From an uncultured Planctomycetaceae bacterium (GTDB taxonomy: Bacteria > Planctomycetota > Planctomycetia > Planctomycetales > Planctomycetaceae), in assembly GCA_963815195.1 (NCBI GenBank), contig CAWFGE010000012.1, positions 1,024,001-1,088,000 of the forward strand: DNA of 64,000 bases, given 5' to 3'. Shown one piece after another: positions 55,332 to 64,000 of the stretch. Below the pieces are notes generated by a model. That model saw only the letters and a list, made by a program, of their open reading frames with translations. It ran no database searches and was not told where the DNA came from. Made by a program: the position numbers and the translations under genes. Position 1 is the stretch's first letter. The number at the start of each line of letters is the position of its first letter.

Positions 55332-57629
55332 ATGAGTTTTTCCTTGAGCCTTCCGCACCGAGCCGCGCTGATCGCGGCGTGTTTTTTCGTGTTTTCGTCT
55401 TCCGCCGGTTTACACGCGGAGGAGGCGGAGCCGGCCGATCCGTCGCGGCTTACGCTGGACCGAATCTATCACAGCGGGGAATTTCAGTCCCGGCAACCGC
55501 ATGTGCGCTGGCTGAAAGATGCCGCCGCGTACACCACGTTGGAGCCCTCGAAGCTGGAGCCCAAGGGCCGGGACATCGTCCGCTGGGACGCGAAGACCGG
55601 CGACTCGCGGGTGATGGTCTCGGCGGCGGACCTGGTGCCGACGCTCGAAGCGGAGCCCTTGGCGATCGACGATTACGCGTTCTCCGCCGATCGAGGCCTG
55701 GTGCTGATCTACACGCGGTCCCAGCGGGTTTGGCGGCGGAACACGCGCGGCGATTATTGGGTGCTCGACCGCACGCATCGGAAGCTGCACCAACTGGGAA
55801 CATTCGCGAAGCCGTCTTCGCTGATGTTCGCCAAGCTCTCGCCCGACGGCCAAGAGGCGGCCTATGTTTACGAGCGAAACATTTATCTCGAAAACCTGCG
55901 CGACGGGTCGGTCCGGCAACTGACCGAGACGCCTTCCGAAACCATCATCAACGGCACCTTCGATTGGGTTTACGAGGAGGAACTCGGACTCCGCGACGGG
56001 TTTCGCTTCAGCCCCGACGGCCGCGCGATCGCGTATCTGGCAGCTCGACACCACGGGCGTCAACAAGATGCCTTTGGTCAATAACACAGGCACGTTTTAT
56101 CCCGAAGTCACCTGGTTCCCCTACCCCAAAACCGGCCAGCAAAACTCCGCCTGCCGGGTGGGCGTGATCGATCGTGGAGACCGGCAAAACCCAGTGGATC
56201 GATCTGCCCGGCGGTCTGCGAGATCATTACATCGCCCGCATGGATTGGCTGGCGAACTCGCGGGAATTGCTGATGCAACAACTCAACCGCGAGCAAAACA
56301 CCAACCGCGTGATGCTCTACGACGAAAACGACCGGACTCTGAGAACGCTTCTCACCGAACGCGACGACGCCTGGGTCGATGTGCACGATGAGATTCATGG
56401 GATCGAGGGCGGAAAACGCTTCACTTGGATCAGCGAGCGAGACGGCTGGCGGCACGTGTATTTGGTTTCGCGGGACGGCCAGAAGGCCACGCTGGCGACG
56501 CCGGGGGATTTCGATGTGATCGAACTGTTGCACGTGGACGAGCGGGGCCGCTGGCTGTACTTCATCGCCTCGCCGGAGAATCCCGCCCAGAGGTATTTGT
56601 ACCGCGTTCGGTTCGATGGCACCGGCCTCGCGCGGCTTACGCCGGCTTCGCAAACCGGCTGGCACGATTACCAGATCTCAGCGCGATGGGAAATGGGCGG
56701 TTGCATCGTGCGATCGGATTTCGACACGCCGCCGCGAACCGATCTCGTCCGACTGCCCGCACACGAGCGGCACGAGGCAGCTGGAAGTAACAAGGCACTC
56801 CTGCGAAACAGTCCGCAAACTGGACCGCTTACCGGTGGAGTTTTTCTATGTGGACATCGGCCGGGACGTGAACCTGCACGGGTGGTGCATCAAGCCGCCG
56901 AACTTCGATCCCGAGAAAAAATATCCGCTGCTTGATCTATGTCTACGGAGAACCGGCCGGGCCAGACGGTGACCGACCACTGGGGCGGTTCGAGCGAGCT
57001 TTGGCATGCCATGCTTGCTCAACAGGGTTACGTCGTCGTCAGCATGGACAACCGCGGCACCCATGCTCCGCGCGGCAGAGCCTGGCGGAAGGCGGCCCAT
57101 CGCAAGATCGGCATTCTCTCGCCCAAGGAGCAAGCCGCCGGCCTCAAGGCGCTGCTCAAAGACCGGTCGTATCTCGATCCGAAACGCGTCGGCATTTGGG
57201 GATGGAGCGGCGGCGGGTCGTCGAGCCTGCAGGCGATCTTCAAGTATCCCAAGCGGTACCGGATGGCGATCGCCATCGCCCCCGTGCCGAACCAGCGGTA
57301 TTACGACACGATCTACCAGGAACGCTACATGGGGTTGCCGCGGAACAACGTCGAAGGTTTCCGGGAAGGCTCGGCGATCAACTTCGCCCATCAACTCGAA
57401 GGGGATCTGCTGCTTGATCCACGGCACGGGCGACGACAACTGCCACTATCAAACGACGGAATTGCTGATTGACGAACTGATCCGCCACAACAAGCAGTTC
57501 CGCATGTTCGCCTATCCGGGCCGCACCCACGCGATCCGCGAAGGCAAAAACACCACCCGCCACCTGCGGCAAATGATGACCGACTTCCTCTACGAGAAAC
57601 TCCCCCGATCAGAGGCGAACGCGGATTGA
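55332..57629 (+). CDS. S9B dipeptidyl peptidase IV (several frameshifts)
   Basis: NGTFDWVYEEE, YPKTG, YVYGEP, DNRGT, GIWGWSGGG, YDTIYQERYMG, IHGTGDDNCH, YPGRTH across 4-5 ORF pieces. Confidence 0.88.
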
Positions 57630-57711
57630 CCCGCACGTTCATGAGCATCAACCGCTCCACAACGCAGGTTGCCGGGTGACATACACCGTTGTGCAGCGCA
57701 TCGAGCCTGAA

Positions 57712-58425
57712 TCAGATCACGTCCTCCAAGCGTTGGCGGAAATCCGCAAACCCCCCGGTGTCGACCGAGTTGATATTGACTGTTCCGTCAGCAACGAGTT
57801 CGCAGAGAATTATTCGGGAGGCGGGCTGGCCGAGGATTTCCTCAAGCTCTTTTTTCAATGCGTTGGATTTCTTCATTCCAGAGTATTCTTGAGAAGCCGA
57901 TTTCGCATGCGGATTCTTTCCCAGGGCACAAAGCAGCCACGCTTTCGAGGTTGGCTCTGGAATCATCGGAACACCCCTGGAGAATCCCTCTTGCGAAAAC
58001 CCATCCATCATGGACTTCCATTTCTCCGCACGTGTTCCACGCCCGGCCGAGGCGGTGCCGTCGGAGTCGCGAAACAGCACGGCAACAACTTCATCATTCA
58101 ATTCGTTTTGCCTGTCCGTCGCGATCTGGGCCAAGACGCGGGCATTGTTGAAAAAATAGCGAGTTTCCTTGTCTCGCTTTTTACCGGGAAGCCGCGGCGA
58201 TTTCTTGGCGGCTTTCAATTCGGAGGCCTGATCGATCAGCGTCCCTTTGGAAACGTAGCCGCATTGCCCGAATTCGAGCAGGGAATAACCGTGCTTTTCC
58301 TCGACGAGTTGATCGACGACCACGGTCATCGGTCCATATTCATAATCCTCGCCGTCGCAACTTGCCGTATTCCCGGCACAAAGGCCGAGGTCCGTCGGTC
58401 CCTCTCCGCTAAAAAGGAAAAACAT
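57712..58425 (-). CDS. TOPRIM-like (DUF4276/RloB-like) partner protein
   Basis: FSGEGPTD..VAVLFRDSDG..PMIPEPTSKAWLL; ATG abuts the ATPase stop. Confidence 0.6.
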   Translation of the reverse strand: MFFLFSGEGPTDLGLCAGNTASCDGEDYEYGPMTVVVDQLVEEKHGYSLLEFGQCGYVSKGTLIDQASELKAAKKSPRLPGKKRDKETRYFFNNARVLAQIATDRQNELNDEVVAVLFRDSDGTASAGRGTRAEKWKSMMDGFSQEGFSRGVPMIPEPTSKAWLLCALGKNPHAKSASQEYSGMKKSNALKKELEEILGQPASRIILCELVADGTVNINSVDTGGFADFRQRLEDVI

Positions 58426-59616
58426 TCACTGCCCCTGTATGACCGATTCGATTTCTTCATAGAGGGCTTTGAGATCGGTGTCAGCAAACGCCTCGCCGGG
58501 CCCCATTACGGTCAGTTTCTCGGACAAGGAGGGGATGGAGAAAAACGGAATCGCCTTCGTGTGGCCTTGGTGATTCCGGTAAAGATAGAGCACCCCCTCG
58601 CGGGCGACTTCGTCGTCCAGGTAATTGAGAATCATCGGGCTATGGGTCGTCACCATAATCTGCTGCGGCGAGGAAACCAGAGCGTCCAGAACAAACTCGA
58701 CCAGTTCCGGATTGATCCCATTCTCAATCTCGTCAAACAACAAGAATCGATGGGAGGATTGCAGTTCCGCTAAGATGGCAATCAACCGCAGCATGCCGTC
58801 GTTTACATGCCGGGCTTCCGTTGTCATGAGAGGGAAAAAGCCCGCTGGTTGTCCCTGGTATTTCTCCGTGATCTCAAGCTGCTTCCAGCCGGACTGCAAC
58901 GACTTTGTGTGCAGGTCTTCCAATTGCGGATAAACCTTCTGCAATTGCTTGACCAACTGCCGCTGTTTTCTTGTTCCAAGTTCATGCAGAAACGCTGAGA
59001 GTTTCTGGCCGCCGAGGCCGATAGAACCGTCGGCCTCGCGCGTTCGCCGTCTGAGGTACTCCGGCGACAGCAAATCCAGCGATGTGACATTCTGAAAGAA
59101 CTCCTTGAACGCGATGAGCGAAGGAGGAAGCGTGGATTCTTTCAGCTGTGAAAGGATGGACCCTTCGTATTTGAACGAGACTGGACCATTCTTCAGAGTA
59201 CATTCAGTATCCTCTGCTGGAGTTTCGTCACCTCGCATGGAGATGCTGAACCGGTTGCCGTGGACCCGTAAATGCGCCGTCGGTGTTTCGATGGACTCCG
59301 TCGTACAATGCAAAGACTGGGAGTTAAAACTTGCAGTCCAAGTCCACCCTTCTCCTTTGTCGGAATAAAGCTCGACGGAAAAATCGATAATGGATTTCTT
59401 TGTGAACTGCGATTTGATCTCTTTGGCGGTCCAATTTCGCTCCTTGAGCCACCCTTTGATGTCTCCCCGGACTTGCTGGCCCAAAAAATCGATGAATTGC
59501 AGGACCGTCGATTTTCCGGATCCGTTCAGTCCGGTCAAACAAATGAATTTCGGCAGTTGCATTTCAAAATCGATCAGCGACTTGAAATTGTTGGCAGTGA
59601 TCTTCTGGATTTGCAT
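58426..59616 (-). CDS. AAA_21/AAA_15-type ABC ATPase
   Basis: NFKSL, GLNGSGKST, NDGMLR, LLFDEIENGINP, QIMVTTHSP. Confidence 0.9.
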   Translation of the reverse strand: MQIQKITANNFKSLIDFEMQLPKFICLTGLNGSGKSTVLQFIDFLGQQVRGDIKGWLKERNWTAKEIKSQFTKKSIIDFSVELYSDKGEGWTWTASFNSQSLHCTTESIETPTAHLRVHGNRFSISMRGDETPAEDTECTLKNGPVSFKYEGSILSQLKESTLPPSLIAFKEFFQNVTSLDLLSPEYLRRRTREADGSIGLGGQKLSAFLHELGTRKQRQLVKQLQKVYPQLEDLHTKSLQSGWKQLEITEKYQGQPAGFFPLMTTEARHVNDGMLRLIAILAELQSSHRFLLFDEIENGINPELVEFVLDALVSSPQQIMVTTHSPMILNYLDDEVAREGVLYLYRNHQGHTKAIPFFSIPSLSEKLTVMGPGEAFADTDLKALYEEIESVIQGQ

Positions 59617-59802
59617 TTTTTGAATGGGAAAGGAAAAGCGCGATCTGTTGTCCACGACGCCAATGCCAGGCCGAAGCTTTTGTCACTTTGACACAGTTCC
59701 AATTATGTGTTGAACCCAGCCTCAATACAACAACCGCACCAGCGATTGTTCGCCGGTGCGGTTGTGGATGGTTCTGGAGGAAGGGAATAGCCGGCCGGCA
59801 GG

Positions 59803-61526
59803 TTACGACGCGCCGACCATTTCTTCCACGGCTTCCAAGTCCTCGGCACCCGAGGCGAGGGCGGATTCGACGAAGCCTTTCAAGTGGTCGCTGCGGGTGT
59901 GGTGTTGCAGCTTTTTGAGGGCTTTGGATTCGATCTGGCGAATGCGTTCGCGGGTGACTTTGAAGATCCGGCCGGTCTCTTCCAGCGTGTAACTGTAGCC
60001 GTCGCCTAGGCCGTAGCGGAGCTTGATGATCTCCCGCTCGCGGTAGGTCAGGCTCTTGAGGACGTGGTCGATCTTGTCGCGAAGCATCTGGTGCATCGCG
60101 GAATCAGCGGGGGTCGCATTCGTTGCCGTCTTCGAGGAAGTCCCCGAAGCTCGAGTCTTCGCTTTCGCCGACCGGCGTATCGAGGCTGATCGGGATGCTT
60201 CCAGGTCTTCATGATCCGTTCGGTCTCTTCGACGGTCAGGCCGACCGCGTCGGCCAGTTCTTCCATGCTCGGATCGCGGCCGGTTTCCTGGCGGATTTGC
60301 TCGGCTCGGGCCTTCAGCGTGCGAGATGCTCTGGAACATGTGGACGGGAATGCGAATCGTCCGGGCATGGTCGGCCACCGCCCGCGTGATCGCCTGCCGA
60401 ATCCACCAGGTTGCATAGGTGGAGAATTTATAGCCCCGGCGGTATTCGTACTTCTCGACGCCCCGCATCAGGCCGGCGTTGCCTTCCTGAATGAGGTCGA
60501 AAAAGCACAGGCCGCGGTTGCGGTACTTCTTGGCGATGGACACGACGAGCCGCAGGTTCCCGCCCGAGAGCTTTTGCTTGGCGTTGGTCCAGGAGTCGAA
60601 GCGGCGCTGGATCTCGGCACAGCGGGCGCGGAACTCCTCCGGCGCTTTCGAGCGTCATCGCCCGGTACTCCGCCAACTCCCGCTGGCAGATGTCCACTTC
60701 CGATGAGGCCCCGCGGCGACCTTTGAGGCTCTGGATCTGCTCTTTCAGCTTCGGCGATCCGCTCGCCCATCTGCAGCATCCGCTTCATGATCGGCTGCAA
60801 CCGTTGGGTGCGCAGGCTGAGTTCTTCGCAGAGCGTGCACATTTTCCGCCGGCGGAGGAGCATTCGCTTGCGGATTTCCGCTTTTTCTTCCTTGCCGGTG
60901 CCCTCGGCGGTGAGCAATTCGTAATCCGCCCGGTTCTTTTCGAGGAGCACATTCAGCGTTTTGAGATTATGGGGCATCCGGCCGAGGATTTGCTCTTTCT
61001 GCACGTTCTCGGTTTCCGAGGTGCGAAGCGTTCGCTCGAACGGCAGTTCCTGGGCGTGGACTTTTTCGAGGATCGCCACCGCTTCGGACAGGGCGAAATC
61101 GGATTCCAACACCGTGCGGCGGAAGCGTTTGCGCGTGATTTCGATCTGCTTGGCCAGAAAGATTTCCCGGTCGCGAGAAAGCAGCGGGATGTTCCCCATC
61201 TGGCTGAGGTACATGCGGATGGGATCGCGCGAAGAAAGCGCGGAGGTTTCGGGAGTCATCAGCGACCGCGCCAAGGGCGAGATTTCGCTGTGGGGATCCG
61301 ACGGCGAACTGGCGGGAACGGTGCCGTTGACCGGCACCGCTTCGTCCTGGTCCGGCTCGTCCTTCAGTCCCAAGCTTTCTTCTTCCAACGCGAGCACCAA
61401 CTGGTCAACCAGCGTGGGGTCGCCGCCTTCGTCAGGCAAAAACGCATCAATTTCTTGGAATGTCAGATGGCCAACGTCCCGGGCGCCTTTTACCAGCGCT
61501 TGCAGACCTTCATCAATTCTTGGCAC
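59803..61526 (-). CDS. RpoD/SigA-type sigma70 factor (several frameshifts 60120-60760)
   Basis: Region 1.1, [61 protein letters not shown]. Confidence 0.88.
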
Positions 61527-62703
61527 GGGTCAACTCCCTTGCTTTCTCAAAAATGGACCAAATCGCACGTCCCTGCACGCACGACCGGGAAATGGAACAC
61601 ACAGAAAAAAGGCCACTTCCCGGTCAGTTATTTCCTGAGGTCGGCCCGGCACAATCCTGAGATGGCGATTGAAGCTCGGGGCAACTGTCAAATCCGAGGA
61701 AAACTTCGCTTCCTCCCAAAATTCTTGTGTTTGGCGCGGTTCTTAACCGCTGGTCGGTTTCACTCCGGTTCCATTTTAGAGAACCGCAAGTGAAATCTCG
61801 TGGGGTGTCATTCACCGGGGCACCGCCCGATAATGAATCTACGTAAGCTGTTTGGAAATCCATCGCCGCTAATAAGATTCCCCGGCAACCTCGCCGCCCT
61901 CCGCCGCATCCTCTCCGATGGGACAAAAGGGGGGGACTCCAATGCAAAGCAGGCTCTCAATGTTCGAGCATCCTTTCTTCTCGAGAACCATGGACGTTTC
62001 TCCGCCCAAAGGTAGGAAACGTCGGCATTGTGATGGAGAAGTTGCTTATTGTTCTGGATCAGTCCCTGTCCAAATCCTTTCCGCGAAGAAAGGCGCTTGC
62101 AATAAGCGGCGTATCCTACCAAAACGCCCATCGCTTCGCACACAAAAAATATTCAGATTTCCAATTTTCTTCAAAATAGCCTCAAGTTTCAGGCTTTTAA
62201 CCAGAAAGAACGTCCGACCAATAGTGTTTTCCCCACCCCCCAATCCTCCCCTCGAAGAATCCAGGTGGGTTGGGAAGTTTTGCGAAAACACGCCCTCTCC
62301 GAGGAAATTATTCGGGAGGTCTTGGTTGTAAGTCAACCGCGGAAATCGGGTTAGATTCAGGAATCCTCCAGTTTGCCCCAATGCGTTCCCCAAAATTCCC
62401 AAATGGAACTCTGGGATTCTCAAATAATCAATCGTTGATTTATGCGCAAGGCCGACTGGTTGGAAGTCGGCGACGGCGATGATATAGTGGTATGTCGGTA
62501 TTCAACATATGTCCCGCAGGCGGAGTCTCCGCCCCTCGCTCTCCGCCGGCATTCTCCGCGCGGTAGCCCGGTCGACTCGACCGCTTTCTCCTCGCGTTCG
62601 TTATCGAGACGATTGCACCGCGTGGAGAGAACGGCGACTCCCGATTTTCATCCGACTTTTGATGCTCAAACCTCAATGATTTAGACACCCGGAGACCAGC
62701 AAC

Positions 62704-63843
62704 ATGACGACCGAAACGGAAAAACCCGCCGTGGCCCGCGGACTCAAAGGCGTGAATGTGGCCGACAGCTCCATCTGCCTCGTCAACGGGACCGAGGGCA
62801 AGTTGCTGTACCGGGGCTACGACATCGACGACCTCGCGAACCACGGCACCTTTGAAGAAGTCGCCTATCTCTTGTTCAAGGGCGAACTGCCGACGGAATC
62901 CGAACTCGCGGCTTTCAAAGACACGCTCGCCCGCCACGCCGCGCTCCCGGAACCGGTCAGCGAGTTCCTCATGGCGCTGCCCAAGACCGTGCTGCCGATG
63001 TCGGCTCTGCGGTCGGCCGTGTCGGTTGCGGGGATTTACGATCCGCACGCCGAAGATGACAGCCCCGAAGGCAACTTTCAAAAGTCGATCCGCCTCACCG
63101 CCCAAATCGCGACGATCGTCGCCGCCATTCGCCGGCTGCGGGACGGAAACGATCCCGTGCCCCCCAAACCGGAACTGGGCTTCGCCGCGAATTTGATGTA
63201 TATGCTGAATGGCAGCGAACCGTCGCCCGACGCGGCCAAGGCGATGGATTTGATTTTGATCCTCCACGCCGAGCATGGCCTCAATGCGAGCACCTTCGCC
63301 GCCCGCGTGATCTCCGCGACCTTGAGCGATTTGTATTCCGCCATCACCGGGGCCATCGGGGCCCTCAAGGGCAAGCTCCACGGCGGCGCCAACACCGAAG
63401 TCCTCAAGACCCTCCAGAACGTCGGCTCCGTCGAAAACATCGCCCCCTGGGTCCAGGACGTCCGCGCCAAGAAGGGCAAGTTCATGGGCTTCGGGCACGC
63501 GGTCTATCAAACCGAAGACCCCCGCGCGAAGCACCTCAAGGAATACTCCAAACGCCTCGGCGACGAGACCGGCGAAACCAAATGGTACGAAATGTCGGTC
63601 GAAATGGAGCGGCTCATCTACGAGGAAATCCACCGCCACTCGAACGTCGATTTCTACTCCGCGAGCGTCCAGCACTCGATGGGCATTCCGGGGGAACTAT
63701 TTACCTGCATCTTCGCCGCCAGCCGCATCGTCGGCTGGTGCGCCCATGTGCTCGAGCAACTCGCCGACAACAAAATCATCCGCCCCTCGGTCCACTACGT
63801 CGGCCCCCAAGATCGCCAGTACGTGCCGATTGGGGAGCGGTAA
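62704..63843 (+). CDS. gltA: Citrate synthase (or 2-methylcitrate synthase)
   Basis: LYRGY, LHAEHGLNASTF, GKLHGGAN, MGFGHAVY..DPRA, NVDFY, RIVGW.AH. Confidence 0.9.
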   Translation: MTTETEKPAVARGLKGVNVADSSICLVNGTEGKLLYRGYDIDDLANHGTFEEVAYLLFKGELPTESELAAFKDTLARHAALPEPVSEFLMALPKTVLPMSALRSAVSVAGIYDPHAEDDSPEGNFQKSIRLTAQIATIVAAIRRLRDGNDPVPPKPELGFAANLMYMLNGSEPSPDAAKAMDLILILHAEHGLNASTFAARVISATLSDLYSAITGAIGALKGKLHGGANTEVLKTLQNVGSVENIAPWVQDVRAKKGKFMGFGHAVYQTEDPRAKHLKEYSKRLGDETGETKWYEMSVEMERLIYEEIHRHSNVDFYSASVQHSMGIPGELFTCIFAASRIVGWCAHVLEQLADNKIIRPSVHYVGPQDRQYVPIGER

Positions 63844-63859
63844 TGGAGGAATGAGTCCG

Positions 63860-64000
63860 ATGCAAATCGAAATCAGCGACGATGTGGCTAAGTCCATAGA
63901 AGACAAGGCCCTCCAAGCCGGGTTTGACAGCGTGGAAGCCTACTTGCGGCATTTGCTCAGCGACATGGAACCCCGGCAAGGCGATCCCGCGGGCATGCCC
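63860..64000 (+). CDS. Partial small RHH/ParD-like protein (runs off right edge)
   Basis: MQIEISDDVAKSIEDKALQAGFDSVEAYLRHLL. Confidence 0.55.
   Translation, partial: MQIEISDDVAKSIEDKALQAGFDSVEAYLRHLLSDMEPRQGDPAGMP

Noticed and set aside
55332..61526. Programmed frameshifting or true pseudogenes in DPP-IV and the sigma factor
   Set aside because: Multiple scattered indels without consistent slippery sites are better explained by sequencing error

Overview
High-GC bacterial chromosome segment, very likely from a planctomycete (DUF1501, DUF1559, PVC-type heme-binding dehydrogenase, Zn-ribbon membrane proteins). Many long genes are split by single-base indels, which suggests an unpolished long-read assembly. 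1-14.3 kb: tandem genomic islands marked by two 3' fragments of tRNA-Ser(UGA) (1897-1967, 14218-14287). They carry an edge-truncated PD-(D/E)xK-like nuclease ORF missing from the ORF track, an integrase remnant, decayed gene pieces and a CusBA-type metal efflux locus preceded by two Cys-rich ORFs; tolC lies just outside the right att. 16-30 kb: core-like genes interspersed with several REP-like palindrome families. 30-34 kb: a PIN toxin module between two broken receiver-domain copies, plus cupin, DUF488 and an MsrP-like gene. 35.8-45.8 kb: nitrate/nitrite utilisation cluster (MFS transporter, NirA-rubredoxin, FeS-DmsC fusion, Mo nitrate reductase, NarX-like/FixJ-like two-component system). 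45.9-53 kb: sbtA-sbtB-kinase-sigma54 activator-porin locus with recognisable sigma54 promoters and a shared upstream palindrome; this is the best candidate for an undescribed system. Then a nucleoside-hydrolase fusion, DPP-IV, a lower-GC ABC-ATPase + TOPRIM pair (candidate defence system), an RpoD-type sigma factor and citrate synthase. All calls are from motif reading by eye; no database searches were run.
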